Shown: piece by piece, positions 1 to 10,040 of the stretch
Layout of the letters: each line of letters opens with the position of its first letter
Position numbering within the stretch: the stretch's first letter is position 1
NCBI GenBank assembly: GCA_035760085.1
Contig: DASTTS010000515.1
Location: 1-43,803 of the forward strand
Source: Pyrinomonadaceae bacterium
GTDB taxonomy: Bacteria; Acidobacteriota; Blastocatellia; Pyrinomonadales; Pyrinomonadaceae
DNA: 43,803 bases
Direction of reading: 5' to 3'
Notes under the pieces: model-generated
The model's input: the letters and a program-made list of their open reading frames with translations, nothing else
What the model was told of the DNA's origin: nothing
Database searches by the model: none
Made by a program: the position numbers and the translations under genes

Positions 1-648
1 CGCCTTGAAATAGAAATCAAGTCCGACTTCGTAATGGCCGAGCGAAGTATGGGCCATACCAAGACCATTGAAGATCAACGCCGTGAGTTTTTTGTCGCCC
101 ACTTCCTGGCTCAGCGCCAGACTCTTTTCATAATGCTGCACCGCGAGCTCGTGTCGCCGCTCTGTATCGTAAGCGACTGCCATCGAGTGCAACGCGCCCG
201 CTTGTCCCTTCTTGTCCGCTGTTTCCTCGTAAATGGCTAAACATTTTTGCAGGTAAGTGACCGCTTCTTTCGGAGGGTTGCGACGCCCGTAAATGTCACC
301 GACGTCACACAAGGCCGAGGCCAACAGGGCGCGGTCTCCAATCTTCTCGGCAATCCGGACCGCAAGATGAGAAATCCTCAGAGCCTCGTTGTAATCACCC
401 TTCTGCACAAGCGGTTCCGCGAGCGCCTTCAGGCCGGCCAGTAACGAGGCATTTCGCAGTTGTTCATTTTGGTCCAACAACCCGGCCTGCTCTGATTCGG
501 TCTTGAGACGAACCAGCGCCAGCGCGAAGTCTTTCACCTCCGCGGAGGCCTTCGAATCTGAAACCGTTTGCGACTGACCCAGGGCCGGACTAAAGAGGCT
601 CAGGCTGAAGATCAGCAAAGAGAGCGGTTTGCGGAACGCGATCGACAT
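1..648 (-). CDS. TPR-repeat protein with signal peptide, N-terminal part (gene continues past the left window edge)
   Basis: Reverse translation from ATG (648-646) gives MSIAFRKPLSLLIFSLSLFSPALGQSQ (signal peptide). TPR-like helix pairs follow (GDYNEALRISHLAVRIAEKIGD, EAVTYLQKCLAIYEETADKKGQ, ELAVQHYEKSLALSQEVGDK). The frame stays open to nt 1, so it is absent from the ORF track. The + ORFs 34..240 and 247..444 are antisense shadows. Confidence 0.7.
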   Translation of the reverse strand, partial: MSIAFRKPLSLLIFSLSLFSPALGQSQTVSDSKASAEVKDFALALVRLKTESEQAGLLDQNEQLRNASLLAGLKALAEPLVQKGDYNEALRISHLAVRIAEKIGDRALLASALCDVGDIYGRRNPPKEAVTYLQKCLAIYEETADKKGQAGALHSMAVAYDTERRHELAVQHYEKSLALSQEVGDKKLTALIFNGLGMAHTSLGHYEVGLDFYFKA

Positions 649-779
649 ACAACGATCCCCCCTTAGCTGTTACTGGCTCAAGAAGTAACGCGCAAAAATT
701 TACTTTGATGGGTCAGGTAATAAGTTGGAAAGTTCGGCAACTTCCTCAGACGATGTCGAATTTTGTCAGGGGAGAGGTC

Positions 780-3700
780 ATGAGCACATATCGAGTCCAA
801 CTGCCATCATCCGTGCGCCGCGCGATCTCGCAGGCGCTTATCGTTTCATTGATAACTCTTTTTTGTTTACCAGCGACGAGCTTTGCGCGAGCCGGCGAAG
901 CGACGTCAGCACCAAAAACAGTGGCGCCAATGGCGTCGATCATCACGGTGAACGTCTCGAACGACGCCGCGAATCTTGATCCGAACAATGGCTGCGATAC
1001 CGATGCGGCAACCGCCGGTGAGCAGTGCAGTCTCCGAGCAGCCATTCAGCGTGCCAATGCACTCGCGGGCGATGATGAAATCAACTTCAACATTCCGTCT
1101 ACACAACCGAACTGCGATCCGTCAGTGAATCGCTGCACCATTAATCTAGCGACCGATCTTCCCGATCTGAGTACAAACATCCGCATCATCAGTCCGGGAA
1201 TCGACAAGATAACCGTGCGACGAAACGCCAGTCTTCAGTTTCGACTTTTCCGAGTCACAATGGCTGCCGACGTAACTTTTTCGGGACTCCGGCTCGAAAA
1301 CGGCCGGCCTTCGTTTATCGCAGCCGGTGGCGCTATCGCCAACGATGGCAGCGGTCTGGTGAACGTCATCGATAGCATCATGACTGACAACTACGGTGGC
1401 TTCACCGGAGCGTCGGGCGGTGCTGTCGCAAACAACAGCAACGGCACCTTAAATGTCGTCAATTGTTTTCTCGCCGACAACCACGCGACCATAACCGGCG
1501 GCGCCATCAGCAATGGTGGCTCCGGTACGTTAAACGTGATCGGCAGCGTGGTTTATCACAACGAAGTCCTGGCCGAGCTAGTCGCAAATTCAAAAGCCAG
1601 CGGCGGCGGAATCTCCAACGTAAACGATGGCACCGTCAACATCACTAATAGCGTCATTTCCGACAACGTAGTGAAAGGCGGCGATCTGAATACTTCAGTG
1701 ATTCAAGGCGGTGGCGTCATGAACGCCGGCAACGGCACGATCAACGTCACCGGGAGCGTCATTCATAACAACTTCAGCTTAAAGGATGCCGGTGGCATCT
1801 CGAACGTCGCCGGCAATCTGAATGTCTCGAACAGTACGATCACGCAAAATCGCGGCAACGGTGGAGGAATCTTTGGGCAAGGCAATCTGAAGAGCACGAT
1901 CGTCGCAAAGAACAATGCGGCACCATTCGCGGGCTCCGATGTTACCGGGACTTTCACTTCGCAGGGCTACAATCTCGTCGGAGTCGCGGACGGCGGGACG
2001 GGATTCGACGCCTCAACCGATTTGAAGGGCACGATAGCAGCTCCTGTCGACCCGAAATTCGATCCGAACGGCGCGGAAATCTCGGTTCCAGCCTGGACCG
2101 GGCCAGTTCCGGGTTCGCTACTCTGCGGCAGCCCGGCAATGGACAAAGGCACCAGCAATGGCCTGCTAACCGATCTACGCGGATCCGGATTTCCACGCAT
2201 CGTCGATGATCCGGACGAGTCGAATGCAAGTGATGGCGCCGACATTGGTGCCTTCGAACGTCAAACCCCGTGCGCGCAAATCGCGTTTGTAGTCAACACG
2301 ACCAGCGACGCCGATGACGCGAATCCGGGTGATGCTGTTTGCGACAGCGATGTTGCAACAACAGGTTCGCAGTGTTCACTGCGTGCGGCGATGAGAGAGT
2401 CGAATGCCGTCGGCGGTGACTACACCATCAACTTCGCAATCCCAACAAACGATCCCGGGTACGATCAATCCACTGGCCGGCACACGATCAACCTGACCGG
2501 CGCACTTCCTGACATCACCAACAGCAACCTGACTATCAACGGTCCGGGTAAAGACAAACTGACGGTGCGCCGGAGCACCGGCGGCTTTTATCGCATGATT
2601 ACATTCGGTGGCGTCGTTGAAACCGCGACTATCTCCGGCATGACGATTAGCAATGGTTTCAACACAACGAATGATGGTGGGGCTATCTCCTTTACCGGTA
2701 AGGCTCTGACGATTAACGGTTGTCAGTTCAGCAATAACACTGCGGCATGGTCTGGCGGCGCACTGTTTGTGATGGGCAAGTTGACGGTCGCCGACAGCAT
2801 TTTCAACAACAATTTTGCCAGTGCTGCTCCGGGCGGATTTAGTGGTGGTGGAGCTATTTGGGTTAGTGGTCCCATTAACATTACGAATAGTGCGTTTACT
2901 GAAAACGTAGCGAACGCGATGGGTGGCGCCATTAATAATCAAACACCGGCCGGCAGCGGTGACTCCAGCATTGTTGACAGCTCGTTCACCGGCAATGGTG
3001 CGGACGCCGGTGGCGGCGTGGCGGTAGGTACAGTTACGGGTGCATTTCCAACAGCGATGCGCATCACGAACTCTACCTTCCGCCGCAATACCGCAACGCT
3101 GATCAATTCCCGTGGCGGCGCTGTCTACCACGCGTCAGGCACGTTATCGATCACCGGCAGCACGCTGAGTGACAGCGAAAGCTTCGGCCTTGCTATTAAC
3201 GTCGGCAGCGGCTCGACTACGACGAACATCGTCGACTCTACGATCAGCGGAAATACATTTGGAGGAATCGAGACAGAAGCGTCGACTGCCACTACCAGCA
3301 AGCTGAACATTACGAACAGCACGGTCAGCGGCAACAAAGGTGGCGCAGGTCTCAGTCTGACCAGGCTCACGCTTACGGTTTCCAACAGCACCATCAGCAA
3401 TAACGAAGTTGCTGGTATCAGGAACATGATTAGCGGAGGCAACGGTACCTGGACCGTTAAGAGCAGCATCATTGCCGCAAATGCAGGCGGGTTCGGCGAT
3501 GTAGCCGGAGTGTACACGTCGGGCGGGTTCAACCTGATCGGCAATCCCGGCACGAGTACGGGTTTCGCTAATAGCGTGAACAACGATCAGGTCGGCACAA
3601 GCGGATCGCCACTCGATCCGAAGCTCGATCCACTCGGCCTGAAGGACAATGGCGGACCGACGTTCACCATCGCGCTGCAACCAGACAGTCCTGCCATTGA

Positions 3701-4259
3701 CAAGGGATCTGCCGCCGGCTTGAACGGTAATCTCGACAAGGATCAGCGACAGGTCTTCGCGCGTACGTTCGACGACAGCGGTGTTGCGAACAGTGGCGAT
3801 GGAACGGACGTTGGATCGTTTGAATTGCAACCTGGTGGTCCAACGCCGACTCCGACGCCAACTCCAACGCCAACGCCAAACCCGTCGCCTTCGCCGTCGC
3901 CGAATCCGTCTCCGTCGCCGACACCGACGCCTACACCGCAGCCCGCGAGGCTCGTGGTTACAACCACTGCGCTGGTGCGGACCAATTGCGGTGATATCGC
4001 AGTCGCCGTAACTGTGCAGAACACCGGCGGCGTCACCGCAAACAACGTGAGACTAACAACCGGCACTCTCGCTTCGCCTACGACGAACGGCGCGCCGTTG
4101 CCGCGAAATCTCGGCAACCTCGCGCCCGGACAATGGTCCACGAACGTGATCATCTTTCCCGGCTCGAACAATCCGCCCGGAGCTAAACGAACGCTGACTT
4201 TCGGCGGAACGTATACGGGCGGCACGTTCAGTGAGAAGTGGAAAGTGTCACTGCCCTAG
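780..4259 (+). CDS. Large secreted right-handed beta-helix protein with two CSLREA-type modules, Pro-Thr/Pro-Ser linker and C-terminal beta-sandwich-like domain
   Basis: ORF 705..4259 (TTG) trimmed to ATG 780 (GGAG-rich site just upstream). Signal peptide is ...[15 protein letters not shown]. Motifs [14 protein letters not shown] and [14 protein letters not shown] are present, with many Asn/Gly-rich beta-helix rungs. There are two module tails (...DPKxDP...SPA(M/I)DKG...D(I/V)G(A/S)FE) and the linker [33 protein letters not shown]. Confidence 0.85.
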   Translation: MSTYRVQLPSSVRRAISQALIVSLITLFCLPATSFARAGEATSAPKTVAPMASIITVNVSNDAANLDPNNGCDTDAATAGEQCSLRAAIQRANALAGDDEINFNIPSTQPNCDPSVNRCTINLATDLPDLSTNIRIISPGIDKITVRRNASLQFRLFRVTMAADVTFSGLRLENGRPSFIAAGGAIANDGSGLVNVIDSIMTDNYGGFTGASGGAVANNSNGTLNVVNCFLADNHATITGGAISNGGSGTLNVIGSVVYHNEVLAELVANSKASGGGISNVNDGTVNITNSVISDNVVKGGDLNTSVIQGGGVMNAGNGTINVTGSVIHNNFSLKDAGGISNVAGNLNVSNSTITQNRGNGGGIFGQGNLKSTIVAKNNAAPFAGSDVTGTFTSQGYNLVGVADGGTGFDASTDLKGTIAAPVDPKFDPNGAEISVPAWTGPVPGSLLCGSPAMDKGTSNGLLTDLRGSGFPRIVDDPDESNASDGADIGAFERQTPCAQIAFVVNTTSDADDANPGDAVCDSDVATTGSQCSLRAAMRESNAVGGDYTINFAIPTNDPGYDQSTGRHTINLTGALPDITNSNLTINGPGKDKLTVRRSTGGFYRMITFGGVVETATISGMTISNGFNTTNDGGAISFTGKALTINGCQFSNNTAAWSGGALFVMGKLTVADSIFNNNFASAAPGGFSGGGAIWVSGPINITNSAFTENVANAMGGAINNQTPAGSGDSSIVDSSFTGNGADAGGGVAVGTVTGAFPTAMRITNSTFRRNTATLINSRGGAVYHASGTLSITGSTLSDSESFGLAINVGSGSTTTNIVDSTISGNTFGGIETEASTATTSKLNITNSTVSGNKGGAGLSLTRLTLTVSNSTISNNEVAGIRNMISGGNGTWTVKSSIIAANAGGFGDVAGVYTSGGFNLIGNPGTSTGFANSVNNDQVGTSGSPLDPKLDPLGLKDNGGPTFTIALQPDSPAIDKGSAAGLNGNLDKDQRQVFARTFDDSGVANSGDGTDVGSFELQPGGPTPTPTPTPTPTPNPSPSPSPNPSPSPTPTPTPQPARLVVTTTALVRTNCGDIAVAVTVQNTGGVTANNVRLTTGTLASPTTNGAPLPRNLGNLAPGQWSTNVIIFPGSNNPPGAKRTLTFGGTYTGGTFSEKWKVSLP

Positions 4260-4338
4260 TTGTTGTGCGCGCCTGGTGCATTTGCCCGATTACAAAGCAC
4301 CAGGCGCCGCCACCAGTACAAATACCAAAGGAGAAATC

Positions 4339-5118
4339 ATGCTCAGGAGAATCGCAACATTCATCTATGGAGTTCTATGTTATCTGCTGTTTTTCGGAAC
4401 GTTTCTTTATGCGATCGGCTTCATTGGTAATTTCATTGTTCCGAAATCGATTGATTCAGGACGAACGGGACCACTCGGCGAGGCGCTGTTGATTGACGCA
4501 GGTCTGCTCGTATTGTTTGCAGTGCAGCACAGCCTAATGGCACGACCGTGGTTCAAGCGGGCGTGGACACGCATCGTTTCGAAGCCAGCCGAGCGCAGTA
4601 CTTACGTGCTGCTGTCGTCCCTCGCGTTGCTGTTGTTGTTCTGGCAATGGCAACCGATCGGCGGAGTTGTCTGGAGTATCGAGCAACCGGTCATTCGCAT
4701 TGCACTTTACGGGCTCTGCGCGACGGGTTGGTTGCTGGTGCTGAGCAGCACCTTCCTGATCAATCACTTCGATCTGTTTGGTTTACGACAGGTTTACCTG
4801 TTTCTGATCGGGCGCGAATACTCGAATTTAAAGTTCAGGACGCCGATGTTTTATCGTCACGTGCGGCATCCGCTTTATCTGGGCTGGTTATTCGCGTTCT
4901 GGTCGACGCCTACCATGACGCTGGCGCATCTCGTGTTCGCTCTTGCGACAACAGCGTACATATTCGTGGCCATACAGTTCGAAGAGCGCGATCTCGTCAG
5001 TGCACATGGCGATGAGTACCGGCGATACAAGAACGTCGTTCCCATGATCGTTCCGGTACGAATTGGTCGAGGCACCGCGGGCGTGCCAGTCACGAGTCGC
5101 AAAGCCAAATCTGCGTAG
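4339..5118 (+). CDS. mddA: Polytopic membrane methyltransferase of the ICMT/PEMT superfamily, MddA (methanethiol S-methyltransferase)-like
   Basis: ORF 4231..5118 trimmed to ATG 4339 (AAGGAG upstream); 259 aa with multiple TM helices. The N-terminus [32 protein letters not shown] and the C-terminal [13 protein letters not shown]...FEERDL...GDEYRRY block fit ICMT-type methyltransferases. From memory they also fit MddA. Confidence 0.6.
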   Translation: MLRRIATFIYGVLCYLLFFGTFLYAIGFIGNFIVPKSIDSGRTGPLGEALLIDAGLLVLFAVQHSLMARPWFKRAWTRIVSKPAERSTYVLLSSLALLLLFWQWQPIGGVVWSIEQPVIRIALYGLCATGWLLVLSSTFLINHFDLFGLRQVYLFLIGREYSNLKFRTPMFYRHVRHPLYLGWLFAFWSTPTMTLAHLVFALATTAYIFVAIQFEERDLVSAHGDEYRRYKNVVPMIVPVRIGRGTAGVPVTSRKAKSA

Positions 5119-5152
5119 TCGCAACCTGCGCCTGCGCAAAACAACACCGGAA

Positions 5153-5190
5153 AAAGCACAAATGATTGCGCGAGCTTTCATTTGTGCTTT
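5153..5190 (+). terminator. Candidate terminator hairpin after the MddA-like gene
   Basis: Perfect 13-bp inverted repeat AAAGCACAAATGA (5153-5165) / TCATTTGTGCTTT (5178-5190) with a 12-nt loop. The stem ends in TTT and lies 35 nt after the stop. Confidence 0.5.
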
Positions 5191-5292
5191 CGTGTCCGTT
5201 GTAGCAGGAATTTTTTTTGCGATCGCGGTAATACGTCGCCAGCTTCAGCAACTTCATTCTTCGGTAGGCAAATACGTTCGAAGGAGAAAATC

Positions 5293-5862
5293 ATGTACCG
5301 CACCAAAATCAATCATTTCTTTCAATCTCTGGTCTTAATCGCTCTCGTAACTTTCGCAGTCGCACCAGCATTCGCATTCGACAACGACAACGGGCCGGTG
5401 TTGCCCGAGGAGTGCAGCAGCATTCGCGTGCCGGAGGGAAACAAGCTCGCCTTCCACGCCTACGCGAAGGGTGTGCAGATCTACAAATGGAATCTCATCA
5501 CGCAGAAGTGGGACCTGGTCGCTCCGCAGGCCGGCTTGTTTGCTGAAGAAAGCTACTTCGGCGAAGTCGGCAGTCACTACGGTGGTCCAACCTGGGAAAG
5601 CAAGAGCGGCAGCAAAGTCGAAGGACGTCGCGTGCTCGGCACCGGTTGCACTCCTGATTCAACCGCGGTCGCGTGGATCTTGCTTTCGAAGTTCCGCACC
5701 GAAGGTGCCGGCATCTTCAGCAAGGTCACTTTCATTCAACGCGTGAACACGACCGGCGGTCTGGCTCCCAGTGAACCGGGCTTACTCGACGGTGAGACGA
5801 AAGAAGTTCCCTACACGGCCGAGTACTACTTCTACCGCGCTGAGAACGCAAACAGTAACTAG
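5293..5862 (+). CDS. Secreted DUF3455-family protein
   Basis: ORF 5182..5862 trimmed to ATG 5293 (AAGGAG upstream). Signal peptide is LIALVTFAVAPAFA. The GVQIYKW and GGPTWES..GSKV motifs resemble DUF3455. Confidence 0.65.
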   Translation: MYRTKINHFFQSLVLIALVTFAVAPAFAFDNDNGPVLPEECSSIRVPEGNKLAFHAYAKGVQIYKWNLITQKWDLVAPQAGLFAEESYFGEVGSHYGGPTWESKSGSKVEGRRVLGTGCTPDSTAVAWILLSKFRTEGAGIFSKVTFIQRVNTTGGLAPSEPGLLDGETKEVPYTAEYYFYRAENANSN

Positions 5863-5887
5863 TCAAATAGTTAGTTATTCTCAACTC

Positions 5888-5921
5888 GCCGGGCGGCCCT
5901 TCATGGCGCCCGCTTGTTTTT
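5888..5921 (+). terminator. Candidate intrinsic terminator after the DUF3455 gene
   Basis: GC stem CGGGCG (5890-5895) / CGCCCG (5907-5912) followed by CTTGTTTTT. Confidence 0.55.
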
Positions 5922-5955
5922 GAACACTAGCAAAATTTAGAATCCAACAGATTTC

Positions 5956-6762
5956 ATGGCGCTCAGGTCCAAGATGTCTCTTTTCAGATCATCCAAACCT
6001 GTTATCGGTGTCATTCATGTCGGCGCGCTGCCGGGGACGCCGCGAGGAACGAAGAGTGTCGCGGAGTTGGTGGAGCTGGCTAAAGAAGAGGCGAGGGTTT
6101 ACAGAGAAAGCGGCGTCGATGGTGTGATCATTGAGAACATGCATGATGTGCCCTATCTGAAGGGAGCAGTCGGGCCGGAGATTGTCGCGGCGATGACGGC
6201 GATCGGTGTTGAAGTAAAAGCTGAGTGTCGACTGCCTGCCGGTATCCAGATACTCGCTGGTGCCAACATCGAAGCGATGGCGGTGGCCCACTCAGCCGGG
6301 TTGGACTTCATTCGGGCCGAGGGTTATGCATACGCGCACGTCGCTGACGAGGGGATAATAGAAGCGTCAGCGGCTAAGCTGTTGCGTTATCGAAAAATGA
6401 TTGGGGCGGAACGTGTTCAGGTCTGGGCTGACGTGAAGAAGAAACACTCAGCGCACACGATCACCGCAGATGTGAGCCTTGGTGAAACAGCGGAGACCGT
6501 CGAGTTTATGGGCGCGGATTGCGTGATCGTGACCGGCAGCGTCACTGGCAAGGCACCGAAGGTCGCTGACGTGCAGGAAGCAAAGAGCCACTGTCATTTA
6601 CCTGTAATGCTCGGATCAGGAATTAGCGAAACCAACATCGAGCAGTTCTACAACGAAGCCGACGGTTTCATCATCGGTACGTATTTCAAAGTCGACAGCC
6701 TCTGGTCGAATACTGTCGATCCCACCCGCGTCACGCAGTTCGTCAACAAGTTACGGAAATAA
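5956..6762 (+). CDS. BtpA/SgcQ-family TIM-barrel protein
   Basis: ATG at 5956. PVIGVIHVGALPGTPR near the N-terminus, GVDGVIIEN, and a C-terminal LGSGIS segment are typical of the BtpA family. Confidence 0.75.
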   Translation: MALRSKMSLFRSSKPVIGVIHVGALPGTPRGTKSVAELVELAKEEARVYRESGVDGVIIENMHDVPYLKGAVGPEIVAAMTAIGVEVKAECRLPAGIQILAGANIEAMAVAHSAGLDFIRAEGYAYAHVADEGIIEASAAKLLRYRKMIGAERVQVWADVKKKHSAHTITADVSLGETAETVEFMGADCVIVTGSVTGKAPKVADVQEAKSHCHLPVMLGSGISETNIEQFYNEADGFIIGTYFKVDSLWSNTVDPTRVTQFVNKLRK

Positions 6763-6853
6763 CCTCGCGTGCCTACGGCCGAAATACTGTTGCATTTCTG
6801 AAACAACTTCGTGAATGACAGTTGGCAAGGTTGAAAGCAGGAGGGTTTCTGTA

Positions 6854-7075
6854 ATGAGTCAAGCAGGGATTGCAGACAAAGAAAATTCGAACATGATTAA
6901 GGATCCGGAGGACTGGGTTACTGGTGACGAAGAAATGACCGGCGCACAGCGTTCGTATCTTCAAACACTTTGCGAAGAAGCGGGCGAAGAATTCGACCCC
7001 AATCTCACCAAAGCCGAAGCATCAAAACGTATCGAGGAATTACAACACCAAACCGGCCGCGGCATCGATCATTGA
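6854..7075 (+). CDS. DUF3072-family small protein
   Basis: ORF 6815..7075 trimmed to ATG 6854 (AGGAGG 9 nt upstream). DPEDWVTGDEEMTGAQRSYLQTLCEEAGEEF...LTKAEASKRIEELQ matches the DUF3072 signature. Confidence 0.7.
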   Translation: MSQAGIADKENSNMIKDPEDWVTGDEEMTGAQRSYLQTLCEEAGEEFDPNLTKAEASKRIEELQHQTGRGIDH

Positions 7076-7097
7076 ACGACTACGCGAGTAAAAATAG

Positions 7098-7166
7098 AAC
7101 AAGTCAGGAAGAGGGGCTTGCCCCCGCTCTAACCCAACAGCGGGGAAGCCCTCTTCCTGACTTGTT
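7098..7166. terminator. Bidirectional terminator hairpin between convergent genes
   Basis: AACAAGTCAGGAAGAGGG...CCCTCTTCCTGACTTGTT forms an 18-bp perfect outer stem plus an imperfect GC-rich inner stem. T-rich tracts flank it on both strands. Confidence 0.75.
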
Positions 7167-7186
7167 CCTTTCTCGCGACTATTTAG

Positions 7187-8116
7187 CTACGCCGCCTGGA
7201 CGCTGCCCTGTTTCTCATCGGGGGCTTTCTCGCCCTTCTCCTTCGCTTCGGGTTCGCCCTGCTGGGCGGCGGCGTGCTCGATTTCGGAGTTTACTTCTCC
7301 GCCGATCAAGACTGCGGCGCCGGTGAAGTACAACCAGAGCATCAGGATGATCACGGCTCCTAATGATCCATACGTGGCGCTGTAGGAGTTGAAGAAGTGC
7401 AGGTAGACACGAAAAGCAATTGAGACCAGCAGCCACAGTACGACACCGATCGCGGCGCCCGGCGTCAACCACTGCCATGCTTGTTTACGAAAGTCAGGTG
7501 CGAAGTAATAGATCAACGCAAACGCAAGGACCATCGCCGCAAACACCGCCGGCCACTGAATGATCTTCCACGTCATCGGAAACACCGGACCAAAACCGTA
7601 GTGTGCAGCCAGCCACTCCGCGATCTTTCCACCCGCCACCACGAGGACCAGCGCGCCGATAATCAAAACCGAGAGCGCCATCGTCAAACCAATTGAAACC
7701 AACCGCTGTTTCCACCACGGCCGGCTCTCCTTCAGATCGTATGCCGTGTTGAGCGAATCCGTGATCGCGGTGAGTCCATTCGACGCCGCCCACAACGCCG
7801 CGAGCAATCCAAACGACAACTTCCCACCACTACTCGCCGCCGACACCTCATACATCGTCGACTCAATCAGTTGAAACGCAGATGGCGGCATGATGCGCGC
7901 GAGATAGTTGAACAACATGTGGCGCGTGCCCGTTCCCGAGCCGAGCACGAGGCCGATAACTGAGGTCATAAAGATCAGGAACGGAAAAAGCGCGAGCAGA
8001 AAGTAGTACGACAACTCCGCCGCACGTCCAAACACGTTATCTTCCTGAATCTCAGCCCAGACTCGTTTGCCTAACCCAAGCCAACTCAAACCGCCGAGTT
8101 TCCACAGTGATGGCAT
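7187..8116 (-). CDS. YihY/BrkB-family inner-membrane protein
   Basis: ORF 7187..8170 trimmed to ATG 8116 (GGGGGA upstream). FGRAAELSYYFLLALFPFLIF and about six TM helices are present, with a Glu/Lys-rich C-terminal tail. Confidence 0.8.
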   Translation of the reverse strand: MPSLWKLGGLSWLGLGKRVWAEIQEDNVFGRAAELSYYFLLALFPFLIFMTSVIGLVLGSGTGTRHMLFNYLARIMPPSAFQLIESTMYEVSAASSGGKLSFGLLAALWAASNGLTAITDSLNTAYDLKESRPWWKQRLVSIGLTMALSVLIIGALVLVVAGGKIAEWLAAHYGFGPVFPMTWKIIQWPAVFAAMVLAFALIYYFAPDFRKQAWQWLTPGAAIGVVLWLLVSIAFRVYLHFFNSYSATYGSLGAVIILMLWLYFTGAAVLIGGEVNSEIEHAAAQQGEPEAKEKGEKAPDEKQGSVQAA

Positions 8117-8253
8117 TGCAGTCGTTCCCCCTTGCTGTGTTGTTGTGCCTGCAAAAAGTACGCCACACATTCATACAGTCGTGTTAATCTGCGAAAGATC
8201 TCAGGCCTCCTTTGCCCAGAGCTTTCTCAGACTCTCAACCTTTGGAGGAATTA

Positions 8254-10005
8254 ATGACAAAACAGAAAAATGGTTTGACCCGAAGACGTTTCCTCGAGCG
8301 TGTCGGCGTCGCGGGCGGCTCGGCAGCTCTGTACGAGACAATGACAGCGCTCGGATTAATCAACATTCCCGAAGCGTGGGCAGGACCGCCCCAACTTGCC
8401 CCCGGATCCGGAACTGGAAAGACAGTTGTAATACTCGGCGCGGGTATCGGCGGACTCACTGCGGCCTACGAGCTCCTAAAAGCAAACTACACGGTGCAGA
8501 TCATTGAGCTCACCGAACGTGCCGGCGGACGCAATCACACCGCACGGCGCGGCACTGTCCTCGAAGAAAAAACCAAAAGCGGCGAGACATTCCGCCAGGT
8601 GTGCAAATTCGACGAGGGTCTCTATCTCAATCTTGGACCAGGGCGACTTCCCTACCATCACCGCCGCGTTCTTCATTATTGCCAGGTGCTCGGCGTCGCT
8701 CTCGAGGTCTACGTGATGGAGACGATGGCAAACTTATTTCAGACGAGTAAGGCGTGGGGTGGCAAGCCTCAACTTCGTCGCCAGATCATGTACGACACAC
8801 AAGGCTACCTCTCGGAGATGCTCGCGAAAGCCGTCAACCAGAAAGCTCTCAACAAGGAACTGGACGAAGACGATCGCAACCGGCTGCTGTGTCTGTTGAA
8901 AAACTTCGGCGATCTCGGTGAGAACGACGAGTGCAGCACGTGCGGAAAACAGAAGTGCCAGAAGTGTAATAAGAGTTGCGCCGAGTGCGTCCGTTGCGAT
9001 CGGCAATGTGACACGTGCTTCGACTACACGGGCTCGACACGCGATGGTTGCATCATCACTGTAAAGCAACCGTGCGAGCCCGGCGAAACGCTCGCGATGA
9101 AAGATCTGCTCAGCTCGGAGTACTGGGAGCATCGCTTTTTCCAGGCGTTCGAATACGAGTGGCAGCCGACACTCTTCCAACCAGTGGGCGGCATGGATAA
9201 GATCGTCGATGGTTTCGTACGCAAAGTCGGTCGCTTCATTCAGTACAACACCGAAGTGCTGAACATCGATACCAGCAAGACCGGAGTAACGATCACGGTC
9301 CACGATCGCAGAACTCGCAAACGCACCAACATCAAGGCTGATTACTGCATCAGCAACATTCCGTTGCCGATACTCAGCAAGATCAAGAACAACTTTTCAG
9401 ACGATTTTGCCAAAGCAGTCGAAACGTGTGTTTACGATCCGACCTGCAAGCTCGGCTGGCAGGCTAATCAACGCTTCTGGGAAAACGACAAGAACCAGAT
9501 CTACGGCGGCATCAGCTACACGGATGATCAGATGACGCAGATGTGGTATCCGTCGTACGACTACTTCACGAAGAACGGAACGCTCACGGGCGTCTACAAC
9601 TACGACGACAACGCGATCAGATTCGGCAACATGAAACCCGCGGATCGGATCGTGGAAGCACGCAAAGGCGCGATCAAGCTCCATCCGGAGTTTGCGGACA
9701 TGCGCATCGTGCCGTCAGACAAAGCGATCTCCATCGCGTGGCAAAACATTCAGAACGAGGGCGGTGGTTGGGCCAACTGGGATCCAAACAGCGACGACCA
9801 TTCGAAGGCTTACTCCCGACTGTTGCTGCCGGATGGTCGTTTCTTCATCACCGGCGATCAGGTTTCGCAATTGCCGGGATGGCAGGAAGGCGCCATGGAA
9901 TCAGCGCAATATGTGGTCGAGTCGATCGATAAACCTCGTCCGGTACTGGAAGCGCCCAGCATCATTCGCGCTCCAAATACTCGACGTCTAACTCGCGGTC
10001 GCTGA
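8254..10005 (+). CDS. Tat-exported FAD-dependent amine oxidase (flavin monoamine / L-amino-acid oxidase family) with a Cys-rich insertion
   Basis: ORF 8212..10005 trimmed to ATG 8254 (GGAGGA upstream). Twin-arginine signal is LTRRRFLERVGVAGGSAA. The FAD fold reads VVILGAGIGGLTAAYEL...ELTERAGGR, and the C-terminal FFITGDQVS..GWQEGAMESA is typical of flavin amine oxidases. Eleven Cys lie within 8932-9075. Confidence 0.8.
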   Translation: MTKQKNGLTRRRFLERVGVAGGSAALYETMTALGLINIPEAWAGPPQLAPGSGTGKTVVILGAGIGGLTAAYELLKANYTVQIIELTERAGGRNHTARRGTVLEEKTKSGETFRQVCKFDEGLYLNLGPGRLPYHHRRVLHYCQVLGVALEVYVMETMANLFQTSKAWGGKPQLRRQIMYDTQGYLSEMLAKAVNQKALNKELDEDDRNRLLCLLKNFGDLGENDECSTCGKQKCQKCNKSCAECVRCDRQCDTCFDYTGSTRDGCIITVKQPCEPGETLAMKDLLSSEYWEHRFFQAFEYEWQPTLFQPVGGMDKIVDGFVRKVGRFIQYNTEVLNIDTSKTGVTITVHDRRTRKRTNIKADYCISNIPLPILSKIKNNFSDDFAKAVETCVYDPTCKLGWQANQRFWENDKNQIYGGISYTDDQMTQMWYPSYDYFTKNGTLTGVYNYDDNAIRFGNMKPADRIVEARKGAIKLHPEFADMRIVPSDKAISIAWQNIQNEGGGWANWDPNSDDHSKAYSRLLLPDGRFFITGDQVSQLPGWQEGAMESAQYVVESIDKPRPVLEAPSIIRAPNTRRLTRGR

Positions 10006-10040
10006 TAGCTGCGTCACTTTTTTGTCACAAAGATGCGGTA

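Noticed and set aside
2376-3830. Long antisense ORFs (2376..3131, 3125..3583, 3144..3830 and similar) inside the beta-helix gene
   Set aside because: They lie entirely within a much longer motif-rich CDS on the other strand. They have Arg/Ala/Gly-rich shadow-frame composition and no RBS or recognisable domains.
3838-3945. Tandem-like CCNAC(N)CC DNA repeats here and at about 41004-41108, considered as a shared mobile or repeat element
   Set aside because: Both are in-frame Pro-Thr/Pro-Ser linker-coding low-complexity sequence within secreted proteins. The similarity follows from codon usage for PT repeats.
8734-9303. 189-aa antisense ORF inside the amine oxidase gene
   Set aside because: Shadow ORF of a well-supported CDS, with no motifs and no RBS.
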